This document shows positions 10,707-19,903 of a stretch of DNA of 64,000 bases, in pieces. Source of the DNA: Leptolyngbyaceae cyanobacterium (GTDB lineage Bacteria; Cyanobacteriota; Cyanobacteriia; Phormidesmidales; Phormidesmidaceae); the NCBI GenBank assembly GCA_965263355.1, contig CBDHHL010000056.1, positions 128,001-192,000 on the forward strand. The letters run 5' to 3'. How positions within the stretch are numbered: the first letter of the stretch is position 1; every line of letters begins with the position of its first letter. The notes under the pieces were generated by a model. That model had not been told where the DNA came from and ran no database searches. It saw only the letters and a program-made list of their open reading frames with translations. The position numbers were made by a program, and so were the translations under genes.

Positions 10707-10989
10707 GGGGTACGTCTGCTACCTACTTGAAGAGCGAAAAGATTATGGAAGCGATTGAATCCCCTTCCCTGAGAGTTCGTTTAAGACAAGTAGGACAAAG
10801 ACCAGAGGCGAGGCGATATGTTAGTAGTCATTGACTGACGTGCGTTGGATAGTCGTCCTCTAGTCCTAGCAGACAAGCCCCATTTTTTGACTTTACGCTT
10901 TTCTTGACAGTTGGGATGAGTGAAGATGAGGAGCGATGCGATATGTTAGTAGACATGCAGGCTGTCGCTCGTTGCATAGTCGTCTCCTC
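10707..10989 (-). ncRNA. Predicted IS110 bridge RNA (two target-binding loops + one donor-binding loop)
   Basis: Hairpins 10928-10989, 10801-10864, 10722-10794; closing helix 10714-10721/10867-10874; loop segments match the reconstructed target and donor. Confidence 0.75.
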
Positions 10990-11281
10990 GGTTCGTCCCC
11001 CCATAACCCGTTGGGGCGGACGTATAAAAGGCGTCGCAAGTACTGTACAAGATATCGGTCGCCGCTCAACTTAGCCGTTAGTTGGGTATGGGTCTGGGTA
11101 TGGAGTTACGAATCGTAATGAGATTAGCTTCTGGGTTAGAGATCGTTGATTTTCATCTTTGACGCTGAGGGTGGATAACATAGCCTCTGAGGCAGATGAG
11201 GGCAATTTCACACTGCTTGACAGCTTCCTTTCCCGTGATTACATTGTAATTACATTTTCCTGTTCGCAAGTATCTAATTCT

Positions 11282-11542
11282 ATGGGCACAATTGTCAGAA
11301 CTCGGATCGTTAAAATTGGCAATTCTCAAGGCATTCGTATTCCTAAGCTCCTCTTGGAGCAAAGTGGTATTCATGAAGACGTTGAGATTGAAGTACAGGG
11401 TGATTGTCTGACTATTCGCAAAGCACAATGTTGGCGTGCCGGATGGGATGAGGCCTTTGCTGCAATGGCTGAGAATCAAGATGATGTACTTCTAGATGAC
11501 GTCAACACTACTGACTGGGATCAATCTGACTGGGAATGGTAG
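11282..11542 (+). CDS. AbrB/MazE-family antitoxin
   Basis: RTRIVKIGNSQGIRIPK; start reassigned to ATG 11282. Confidence 0.88.
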   Translation: MGTIVRTRIVKIGNSQGIRIPKLLLEQSGIHEDVEIEVQGDCLTIRKAQCWRAGWDEAFAAMAENQDDVLLDDVNTTDWDQSDWEW

Positions 11543-11859
11543 TCAAGCGTTTCGATGTTTTTCTGGTCAACCTAGACCCCACTGTTGGCAGTGAAATTCA
11601 GAAAACACGCCCCTGTGTTGTTATATCACCGGATGAGATGAACCGTTATATCGCTAAGGTTATCATTGCTCCAATGACTACGAAAGGTAAGCAATATCCC
11701 ACTCGTGTTGTCTGTCAATTTCAGGGCAAAAATGGGCAAATCGTTTTAGACCAAATCCGCACAGTAGATAAAAATAGATTGGACAAAAAGATTGGCCAAA
11801 TCAGTCAAGATGAGCAAAAAATGCTTCTTGCGACCTTAGCTGAGATGTTTGCTGAATAG
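11536..11859 (+). CDS. PemK/MazF-family toxin
   Basis: LVNLDPTVGSEIQKTRPCVVIS, DQIRTVDK. Confidence 0.92.
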   Translation: MVVKRFDVFLVNLDPTVGSEIQKTRPCVVISPDEMNRYIAKVIIAPMTTKGKQYPTRVVCQFQGKNGQIVLDQIRTVDKNRLDKKIGQISQDEQKMLLATLAEMFAE

Positions 11860-11862
11860 GTT

Positions 11863-11939
11863 TCCTAATAAGGGCTTGCAACGGAACGGAGATATAAATT
11901 CAGAGAAGTAGGATGCGCGCTGCTCACAGCAAGCTATGA
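11863..11939 (+). other. Degenerate attC-like site
   Basis: TCCTAAT AAGGGCTTGCAACGG ... GCTATGA right after the toxin stop; both R boxes mismatched. Confidence 0.35.
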
Positions 11940-12033
11940 CAATATTTAACCTCTTATTTTTCTGAGATTCAGCTGTTTTTTTACAATTTTATAACTCACA
12001 ATTTTAAAGAAAAAGATGTGAGAATTATCCCTT

Positions 12034-13698
12034 ATGCTGAGTCCATTCCATTCTCGCCTGGCTAGTCTGTCTGATCGTGTTTATTCCTGGTTGGGAATGC
12101 GATCGCACTCCTGGTTAGGGATTACCCTGGGACTGTGGCTGATCCTAACCTGGGCACTTCCTGCCTCAGCCCTTACGGTACAAGATATTCCCAGCCCACG
12201 AGCACACGGTGGCTGGGTCAGCGATACAGCGGACCAAATTTCGCCCCCCATGGAGCGGCGACTCAATGGCCTGATCACCTTTTTGGAAGCGAAAACCACC
12301 TCAGAAATGGCGGTGGTAACAATTTCTGACACACCCCCAGACATCTCCCCAAAAGACTTTGCCACAGAATTATTCAATACCTGGGGAGTAGGAAAAGTAA
12401 AGAAAAATAATGGCATGCTAATGCTGTTGTCGATGAGCGATCGCCGTATCGAGATCGAGCTTGGACGGGGCATGGAAGATGTGCTACCGAACGATTACCT
12501 TGCCAGCCTGATCCAAGATACCCTGCGTCCATTGCTCCAGAGTAGGGATGTGGATCAGGCATTGTGGGCGGGGGTAGGGGCAATCGTCGCCGACCTCACA
12601 GGCATTGACCCCAATGCCCCAACAGTTTTGCCCTGGGCACCTACCAGCTACACAATCTTTCTAGTTCTGGGCATCCCCTGCCTAGTGGGCAGTATCCTCC
12701 GCCTCCGCTGGCAGTATCAGCAACTTGCTCCGCTTCCTCCCACAGGCAGCGAGCCATTCTCTGGGTCCCTAAAGCTTTCGGAAATCGATTTTGATCGCCT
12801 GGTCCAAACAACCTCCCATTGTCCCAAACGCCCCTTCTTGCCGCTGCTGCTCCTTGTCTGTAGTTTCCCTCTGATAGCCCCGGCACTGACCTTCTGGGTT
12901 ACCTCCCTCTGGGGTGCCCCTTTCGATACCCGCACAGACCTCTTCCTTGACTTGATGGTGATTCCAGCCAGTGCCTACGGATTGCTCCTAACGCTCTATC
13001 TAGACCCCTGGCTGCACCCTGTTCCTGGCAACCGTCCCTTCAACCTGTTGGAATTTTTGGACAGCATTGACAGCAGCCAGCAAACGACCTGGCAAGATCG
13101 CATTGTAAAATGGGCCATCAAGCTTTTAATACTCAATTACTTCGTTCTCCTTATCGGTGGTGGGCCGTTTCTTCTGTGGCTTATCTATAAGCAGCTCTGG
13201 ATGCTGGCAACACCATTCACCCCCGCTTTACGGATTTCGGTTGCTGCCCCCCTATTCGTTGCTCTGGGAAATGTCGCGATCGCGACCTTCTACATCCAAG
13301 CAGAACGCTGGAGCAGCCGCCCTACCCCTGGCTATTGCTGCACAATCTGCCAGGGCGACATCGTCGATTTAACCAGCTATTCATCCGAACTTCGCAAGTT
13401 ACTCCCCTATCGGCCAAATACCACCTATCGGGCATGGCACTGTCCCACCTGTTATCCCACCCTCAGCCAAGACGGCATCTTCCTTTTCACCGAAGAAAAG
13501 TCTCCATCGACCCCGTCCAGCGTTTCAGCAAGGTCCCAAAGCCGTCACTCAAAGAGGTCCCAAAGCCGTCGATCAAAGCCCCGCCAGTCCAGCTCCTACA
13601 ATGACTCCAGCAACTCTGTTGGATCAATCTTATCCTCCGACAGTAGCGACTTTGGGGGGGGTAGCAGTGACGGTGGTGGCGTAGGAGATAACTGGTAA
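12034..13698 (+). CDS. TPM-domain membrane protein with C-terminal Cys pairs and Ser/Gly tail
   Basis: ELFNTWGVG..NNGML..DRRIEIELG.G; CTIC..CPTC; FGGGSSDGGGVGDNW. Confidence 0.85.
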   Translation: MLSPFHSRLASLSDRVYSWLGMRSHSWLGITLGLWLILTWALPASALTVQDIPSPRAHGGWVSDTADQISPPMERRLNGLITFLEAKTTSEMAVVTISDTPPDISPKDFATELFNTWGVGKVKKNNGMLMLLSMSDRRIEIELGRGMEDVLPNDYLASLIQDTLRPLLQSRDVDQALWAGVGAIVADLTGIDPNAPTVLPWAPTSYTIFLVLGIPCLVGSILRLRWQYQQLAPLPPTGSEPFSGSLKLSEIDFDRLVQTTSHCPKRPFLPLLLLVCSFPLIAPALTFWVTSLWGAPFDTRTDLFLDLMVIPASAYGLLLTLYLDPWLHPVPGNRPFNLLEFLDSIDSSQQTTWQDRIVKWAIKLLILNYFVLLIGGGPFLLWLIYKQLWMLATPFTPALRISVAAPLFVALGNVAIATFYIQAERWSSRPTPGYCCTICQGDIVDLTSYSSELRKLLPYRPNTTYRAWHCPTCYPTLSQDGIFLFTEEKSPSTPSSVSARSQSRHSKRSQSRRSKPRQSSSYNDSSNSVGSILSSDSSDFGGGSSDGGGVGDNW

Positions 13699-13777
13699 GC
13701 ATCGGGCTAATATCAAGTCAGGTTAAACACCCGCAATTGATCACCGAACCATTCCATCGTGAACTCGGAAACTAAAA

Positions 13778-14683
13778 ATGAGCCGCCCACCAGTCATACT
13801 ATTCCCACACGAGCCTTCTTCACCTGACACAATCGACTCTGAGTTTGTTGTTGAAGTTGAGGCCGCACGATCGGTTGGATTTTCGACAGGGTTTTACGAT
13901 CACAAGGCTGTGGCAGCAGGCAACCCAAAAGAGGGCCTGGCTAGCCTTTGTTCCTGCGAAACTCAACAATCATTAATCCTGCGTGGCTGGATGCTGCCTG
14001 GGCAGACCTACTCATCACTCTATTCTACTTTGGTTACGAAGAATTATTGCCCAGTGACTGCACCGGACGATTACGCACAGGCCCATTACTTACCATTTGC
14101 CTACCCACTGATAGACGGTCATACGCCTCGGAGCGCATGGATTGAAGGAGATGATCCGGATGCTGCCTGGGAACTGTACCAGGGATTCCGTGCCAAGGAT
14201 TCAATCATTAAAGACTGGGTTAAGTCGGCCAAGAAACGTTGGCAGGAAGCTTGCTACATCCCTGCCAATACTGACGAAACACGATTCCGTGAAATATATC
14301 GTGCCTTTCGAGCAGAAAGAGGTAAGTTGTTTAATCGAGGTGTTGTTCTGCGTGAGTTTATGCCCATCGTCGAGCGTGGGAGTGACATTAGAGGTTTACC
14401 CATTGTGGAAGAAATTCGACTGTTCTTCTGGCAGGGAAAGGTGCTTGTTCGACCTGAGGAAAGATCGCCATCACCGATGGACGAGGCTGATCGATGGGAG
14501 GAAATTGCCTCTAGATTCACGTCGCCATTTATCACGATTGATGTTGCTTATTTGACCGACGGTACATGGAAAATTGTTGAGGTTGGAGATGGTGGCGTTT
14601 CTGGACTTCCCATGGGAATGGAACCAACACGCTTCTATGCCGCCCTGTGGGAACATACAAAACTAAGTTGTGTATCGGCGTAA
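13778..14683 (+). CDS. ATP-grasp domain protein (R2K-like)
   Basis: LRGWML, IIKDWVKSAK, EIRLFF, FITIDVA, IVEVGDGGVSG. Confidence 0.75.
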   Translation: MSRPPVILFPHEPSSPDTIDSEFVVEVEAARSVGFSTGFYDHKAVAAGNPKEGLASLCSCETQQSLILRGWMLPGQTYSSLYSTLVTKNYCPVTAPDDYAQAHYLPFAYPLIDGHTPRSAWIEGDDPDAAWELYQGFRAKDSIIKDWVKSAKKRWQEACYIPANTDETRFREIYRAFRAERGKLFNRGVVLREFMPIVERGSDIRGLPIVEEIRLFFWQGKVLVRPEERSPSPMDEADRWEEIASRFTSPFITIDVAYLTDGTWKIVEVGDGGVSGLPMGMEPTRFYAALWEHTKLSCVSA

Positions 14684-14688
14684 TCTGT

Positions 14689-15576
14689 CTATGCTGATAT
14701 TTCTGCTTCAGAACACACTGCATTGGCCTGCATCTCCAGGTAACAATGTAAGTATTCTGACAGAACGCCGTGTAGGAGAAGATTATGGGCTGCGGCAAAA
14801 GGACTATTTGGTGCTAAAGGATAACGATTGGTAATCAAGTGATTCCAGCTGTAGTCCCCGGTCAGCTTACTGAAATATAGGCCAAAGCTCTCATCAAACT
14901 GTAACGACACCACTGCCCGGTGGAACTCGTCACTGGTGACGCATAGGGAGTAACAAATTTTGAATAACTCCAATGCCGATTCCATATCTAACACCTGCAA
15001 CCAGCCCCGTTGACTCACGTCAATATTCAATTTGATCGGGCGAATGCTGCGGTAGGTCAGTCCTTGCTGCTGGACGTTTGATAACCAATTTGGATAACGC
15101 TGTTGCGCGGCATGGTAGTCCAGCACAAAGTTATACAAAATCAAGTCGTGCTCCAAAAAGGCATTGTCTGCTAATTCCTCAACTGTAGAGGGATACAAAT
15201 CAGAGCGTGGCATATTGGGGTCCGGGCCATTGTCCACCAGAAAGTTGACAATGTTTGAGCCAATCCACAAGTGGCGCACAATGAGATAACAGGCTTCTGG
15301 GGTGGTAAACGTGTTGAGGAACCAGACTGCCATGTAGTGCATAAACCAGTAAGAGCGGAACTGAAATGGCAGCAGACGCTTTATGGTCATGATGAGCCCC
15401 AGTCCGATGTTGGCGATCACCTTGATGGGCATCAGCAAATAGCTGCGTGACCAGCTTTGCAGGTCTTTGACCATATAGGCTTTGGCTTGAGGATCGACGG
15501 GAATGGCACTATCGAAATAGATAGCGTCCCACATACTAGGATCCCGACGATCTCGGGGAGCACTGGTCCAAGTCAC
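14689..15576 (-). CDS. Conserved hypothetical protein coupled to the ketosynthase (DUF6999-like by recall)
   Basis: GTG start overlaps the ketosynthase TAG; HDLILYNF, SLQFDES motifs. Confidence 0.6.
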   Translation of the reverse strand: MTWTSAPRDRRDPSMWDAIYFDSAIPVDPQAKAYMVKDLQSWSRSYLLMPIKVIANIGLGLIMTIKRLLPFQFRSYWFMHYMAVWFLNTFTTPEACYLIVRHLWIGSNIVNFLVDNGPDPNMPRSDLYPSTVEELADNAFLEHDLILYNFVLDYHAAQQRYPNWLSNVQQQGLTYRSIRPIKLNIDVSQRGWLQVLDMESALELFKICYSLCVTSDEFHRAVVSLQFDESFGLYFSKLTGDYSWNHLITNRYPLAPNSPFAAAHNLLLHGVLSEYLHCYLEMQANAVCSEAEISA

Positions 15577-17468
15577 TAACCGATTTCCTCCAGTTGCAAG
15601 CGATACAAACGAGCGGTTACCTTTGCAGTCTTCACTATGCGATTTCCAATCTCCGGAGTCATCCAGTCAGCTTCGAGAAAGGTATTTAGCTTCTGGATAT
15701 GGGCTTCGTCATTATCAGCGTGGTAGCCCAAAAAGGACACCTGTTGTTTGGTCAGTCCCAGGGTTTGCCGAATTAGCTCGGCCCACTGTCCAGCCAGTCG
15801 ATTTCCTAACCCCTCGATAATGAACATACTGCCCAGTAAGTCAATGGGATTTTCATGGGACGCTCGATGAAAAATATAGGCCGATAATGCTTCGGAACCA
15901 ATGTTTTGTTGAGCATTGACAATGTCGTTCAGGTCGCCGCCTATGGATACATAATCTCGCTCTAACATCTGGAAATCTCGGTGTTCGTCGCGGGCATGGT
16001 GAATCATGAGCGATCGCAACGAGAAATTGGTAGCATTGGACGCCGCTCGAGTAATCCATCGGGCACCTTCTACCACCTGAGGTCGTAAATTACGCAGCAG
16101 GGCTTTGTAGTCCTCCAGGGTAAACTCGCCCCGATGGAGGCGTTGCACAATCGGTACAGACCGCAGTTGACGATCAAACTCTAGCCATACCAGCATCAGT
16201 TGCCGCAGCAGCTCGGCAGACCCTGTGAATGCTGCGGCTGGGGGAGCAGTGATAGGGTTGGGTGCAACCTGGTAAGTCAGCGCTGGCACTGGCGCGCGCT
16301 GGTGAGCAACCACTGTCAGCAGCATATATGCGGTAGTAAATCGCCCACTTTCAGGTACAAAGCAGAAAATCGTTTGCCCTGCTTGCAGTTTGCCAGAGTG
16401 GAAAAGTTCTTCCAACATCAAATAGATGGAAGCACAACCCGTATTGCCACGGGTATAGAGGTTGGTAAACCAACGATCTTCCGGAATCATGCAGTCTGCT
16501 TTTGTTAACAAATCAATAATTTGACTGCGGAAAAAGTGAGATGAGTAGTGACACAACAACCAGTCAATCTCGTCGGGCTTCACCCGTTTGGCCTCAATCA
16601 AGCGTAACCAACCTTCCACACCCAGCTGCATCACCGTGTCTAATAGGCGAATGTTTTGTCGCAGGTCAATGGCCCCATCTCGCGTCGCCTCGGTTTGAGA
16701 TGGATAATCCATCCAACTGGTAAGCAAATTGGGATTGTCCACCCCAGCATACATACAGACTGGATAAGCATTGGCGTGAGACACTAGTTCAATCCATTCC
16801 ACTTTGAGACTGAGACCGTTGGCCGCTGGGCGATCACTTACCAAGACGGCACCGGCACCGTCCGATAGCATCCAGCGCAGAAACTCGGTATCAAAGGACA
16901 GCTTCTCCCCAGCTTGTACCGAGGTTTCCGCCTCAAATCGAGTATGCTTAAACAAGCGAGAGGCTAACTCTGATGCCACTGCGATCGCTCGTCGCTTTTT
17001 GCCTAACTGTACCTGCGATGTCGCATACTTTAATGCCGCCACCCCAGCACAACAGACTCCCTGATGCGTTGTTGCTTCCAAGGGAGACAGTTCGGGCAAC
17101 TCACCATGCACCATACTGCCAAATCCTGGCACCAATAAGTCAGGCCATGTAGTACCGCAGGCCAACAGGTCAATGTCACAGGGAGGAATACCGGTTTTTC
17201 CCAAAATATCGCGCACTGCGATCGCGGCCATTTGACTATTGCTATGGGTGCTCTGCTGCTGTTGGTTCAGGGCGTAATATCGCTGTTGAATACCATTGCT
17301 CTTAAGAATCCGACCTTTAAACCGTGAGGTTTGACCATTGACTCTGCCTAAATAGGCTTCCATGGCGTCATTGCCAATAGGATCGCCAGGTAGACACTTA
17401 CCGACCTGGGTAATATAAGCCTGACCCGGTGCGTAAGGATGGGTCGTTTGAGATGCTTGAGATTGCAT
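15576..17468 (-). CDS. StlD/DarB-type KASIII ketosynthase fused to a heme-oxygenase-like iron-redox domain
   Basis: GVCCAG, CHYSS, GNTGCAS triad, FLRWMLSDGAGA, VPESGRF; C-terminal QVVEG, HARDEHRD, IIEGLG, HADNDEAH; start at ATG 17468 behind GAGG. Confidence 0.82.
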   Translation of the reverse strand: MQSQASQTTHPYAPGQAYITQVGKCLPGDPIGNDAMEAYLGRVNGQTSRFKGRILKSNGIQQRYYALNQQQQSTHSNSQMAAIAVRDILGKTGIPPCDIDLLACGTTWPDLLVPGFGSMVHGELPELSPLEATTHQGVCCAGVAALKYATSQVQLGKKRRAIAVASELASRLFKHTRFEAETSVQAGEKLSFDTEFLRWMLSDGAGAVLVSDRPAANGLSLKVEWIELVSHANAYPVCMYAGVDNPNLLTSWMDYPSQTEATRDGAIDLRQNIRLLDTVMQLGVEGWLRLIEAKRVKPDEIDWLLCHYSSHFFRSQIIDLLTKADCMIPEDRWFTNLYTRGNTGCASIYLMLEELFHSGKLQAGQTIFCFVPESGRFTTAYMLLTVVAHQRAPVPALTYQVAPNPITAPPAAAFTGSAELLRQLMLVWLEFDRQLRSVPIVQRLHRGEFTLEDYKALLRNLRPQVVEGARWITRAASNATNFSLRSLMIHHARDEHRDFQMLERDYVSIGGDLNDIVNAQQNIGSEALSAYIFHRASHENPIDLLGSMFIIEGLGNRLAGQWAELIRQTLGLTKQQVSFLGYHADNDEAHIQKLNTFLEADWMTPEIGNRIVKTAKVTARLYRLQLEEIG

Positions 17469-17782
17469 GCAAGGAACCTCTAGAATTATAGTTTTAATAA
17501 GGTCATGGGGCATTGTTATCGATGCTATTGATGCCATTCTTGTGGTTAAATGTGTGAAGCTACAATGACAACAATGCAGCACTAGAAAGCATTTGCCAGT
17601 GCTAGGAAAATCTCAGTAGCCTTCAGTAGAGGCAGAAGTTCTCCGAAGTTTTAGATGGATAAGGCTATTGAACAGCTACACACGGCTTAAATCATACGTT
17701 TACACCGTTACGTTTTGCCGTTATGATTTTACTCAACTCTCATTAGATTTTCGCAAAATGGACAAATTAGTTTCTGTAAACC

Positions 17783-18724
17783 ATGGGGAGAACTCAGAAA
17801 ATCTGGCTGGCGCTTAAAATTTTTGCTGTGATTGTAGCTGTATATATGGGATTTACAGCCTATCAGCTCTATCAACTTTTTGAACAAATCGATAATACGG
17901 TTCCCCATGGTGACCAATGCTTGGCAGAATTGCAGGGTGAAAACTACCGCTGTTGGGATCTGTTTGTGCCAGATGATTTAGGCGACGAGGCTGTACCGTT
18001 AGTTATTGATTTGCATGGATACTTTAACTCTCCGAAGACGCAACGTGGTTACTCTAATTTTGAAACACTTGCTGCTGAGGAAAAGTTTATTGTTGTTTGG
18101 CCTTATGGCATTGACTATAGTTGGAATGGAGGTGGTGAGCCTTGGCCTGAGAAAAATAAACCAGCGCAAGTGGTTGGCGAAGGATGCTGTGGCCCTGCCC
18201 TTTTTTATAGCATTGATGATGTCGGGTTTCTTGTTGATATGGTCAAACAGTTAGTGCAAGAGCAACCCATTGATGAGCAAAGAATTTATCTGTCTGGTTT
18301 CTCTACGGGCTGTGTTATGGCACAACGACTAGCCTCTGAGCATAGTGAACTGTTTGCAGGTTTGGCATGTATGGCAGGCACGGTTATGGTAGATGCTGCA
18401 TCAGATTACTCGCCCCTATCAATTCTAGAGATACGTGGCTCTGAAGATGACACGGCTCCCTATGAAACAGACTACTGGCTTGGCGCGATGGACAATTTCG
18501 AGACGTGGAAATTGCGTAACAACTGTCATGGCTCAACAGAGATAGTTTGGCAGGAGGGTAACCATAGGATGATACGGACCAATGATTGCACTAACGGCAC
18601 GCTAGTTGCACAACTGACTATCATGGGCGCAGGGCATCTTGTCTATGAAGATGCTGGAGAGATCGACATAACTAGGATAGCGTGGGACTTTCTGGTCGGC
18701 GAAACTGAGGTATCAAAACCATAG
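17783..18724 (+). CDS. LpqC/PHB-depolymerase-type esterase
   Basis: PLVIDLHG, DDVGFL, GFSTG nucleophile elbow, GAGH. Confidence 0.8.
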   Translation: MGRTQKIWLALKIFAVIVAVYMGFTAYQLYQLFEQIDNTVPHGDQCLAELQGENYRCWDLFVPDDLGDEAVPLVIDLHGYFNSPKTQRGYSNFETLAAEEKFIVVWPYGIDYSWNGGGEPWPEKNKPAQVVGEGCCGPALFYSIDDVGFLVDMVKQLVQEQPIDEQRIYLSGFSTGCVMAQRLASEHSELFAGLACMAGTVMVDAASDYSPLSILEIRGSEDDTAPYETDYWLGAMDNFETWKLRNNCHGSTEIVWQEGNHRMIRTNDCTNGTLVAQLTIMGAGHLVYEDAGEIDITRIAWDFLVGETEVSKP

Positions 18725-18736
18725 ATAAATCACACA

Positions 18737-19753
18737 CTAAGCCTCAACGCGATTTCGTCCGTTGCTCTTGGCGCGATAGAGGTTCTTATCACTGCGCTTC
18801 ATCCAGGTCGTCCAATCTTCTCCCGATTGTAGCGTCGCTATCCCTACACTGACCGTTACCGAACGCTTTGGCAATAACTCCAACAATGAAATCCGATGGC
18901 GTAGTTCCTCTGCCACTGTCCGAGCATTCTCTCCATCCGTTCCATGGAGTAATATCAAAAACTCTTCACCACCTAATCGAAACGCCTTATCCACCTGCCG
19001 AATCCGTGATTTGATAAATTGGCTTACCCCTTGCAAGACCTTGTCCCCCACATCATGGCCAAAGGTATCATTCACCGCTTTGAAGTGATCAATATCCAAT
19101 GTAATCAGAACCATTGGCAGATCCAGACGCTTGGATTGCTCAATTGCCCAGTCCAATGTCGTATGTAGTAATGTTCGATTTAACAAACCTGTAAGTGGGT
19201 CAGTTGTTGCCTGTACCCTGAGTCGATACTGCTGTTCGCTAATGACCCGTACAAAAATAGCTGTTGCAATGCTAACCAATGCTAGGGTAGCAATCACTCT
19301 CATAGCCAGGTCCAGGGTGATAAAGATACAAATAAGTGGTATTGCAAGTACAAACAACAAGGCCGTAGCCGCCCAGGCTTTGCCTCTAGGCAACATAAAA
19401 TGAAATGACCCTGCTGCCGGATAACACCAAAAAATGCCAATTATTTCTTTATTGCTTAATAGAAGAACTAACAACAAGAGAATGGCAGGCACCAGGCCAA
19501 ATTGGGTGACAACAATCCGGTAGTGATTATGCCGAACAATTGACCAGGCATTAAATGCGAAGATAATTAGAATAACACAGCAAACTGTACCAATTAAATA
19601 ACGTGCCCCGATTAGATTGTGGATCGTAAAGGGAGTTATAACGGCAAGCGCTACTATGGCAAGGCGCAAAAACGACTTGCGTAGAAATTCGGATCTGGAT
19701 TGGAGCTGCTTTGGATATAAATCCATGCTGAGTTCCTGAGTGTGATAATCCAA
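18737..19753 (-). CDS. Membrane diguanylate cyclase
   Basis: TM region + DPLTGLLNR, GGEEF, RxxD I-site. Confidence 0.9.
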   Translation of the reverse strand: MDYHTQELSMDLYPKQLQSRSEFLRKSFLRLAIVALAVITPFTIHNLIGARYLIGTVCCVILIIFAFNAWSIVRHNHYRIVVTQFGLVPAILLLLVLLLSNKEIIGIFWCYPAAGSFHFMLPRGKAWAATALLFVLAIPLICIFITLDLAMRVIATLALVSIATAIFVRVISEQQYRLRVQATTDPLTGLLNRTLLHTTLDWAIEQSKRLDLPMVLITLDIDHFKAVNDTFGHDVGDKVLQGVSQFIKSRIRQVDKAFRLGGEEFLILLHGTDGENARTVAEELRHRISLLELLPKRSVTVSVGIATLQSGEDWTTWMKRSDKNLYRAKSNGRNRVEA

Positions 19754-19903
19754 GGTATTCAGATTCGGATAATATCCCGCCTAAGGCTTTAAAGATACCA
19801 CCTGCCCTTAGCAAAAAATTTTCCAGGAATATGGATTAAATCCAAGATCAGTCCACAATTTACCCTATTACTCAAAGTTTTTAGTTTGACGCAATACCAT
19901 CCC

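Larger units (their letters stand above)
9067..11005 (-). mobile_element. IS110-family insertion sequence
   Basis: Transposase plus long non-coding ends; shared CATA core at 9063-9066 and 11002-11005; no TIR. Confidence 0.8.
9057..11083 (+). other. attC-like site interrupted by the IS110 element (halves 9057-9066 and 11006-11083)
   Basis: Removing the IS gives GTCTAAC-ATAACCCGTTGGGGCGGACG...CGCCGCTCAACTTAGCC-GTTAGTT (88 bp), beginning 6 bp after the upstream stop. Confidence 0.65.

Noticed and set aside
10936..11118. 60-aa ORF upstream of mazE
   Set aside because: Overlaps the structured IS110 end and the attC-like site; no protein features.
11159..11281. Longer N-terminus for MazE
   Set aside because: Family similarity begins at ATG 11282.
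13531..13578. 24-bp tandem duplication in the TPM gene
   Set aside because: In-frame expansion within a low-complexity tail.
17700..17730. GCCGTTATG as an attC R' end before the esterase
   Set aside because: No matching R'' half or palindrome found.
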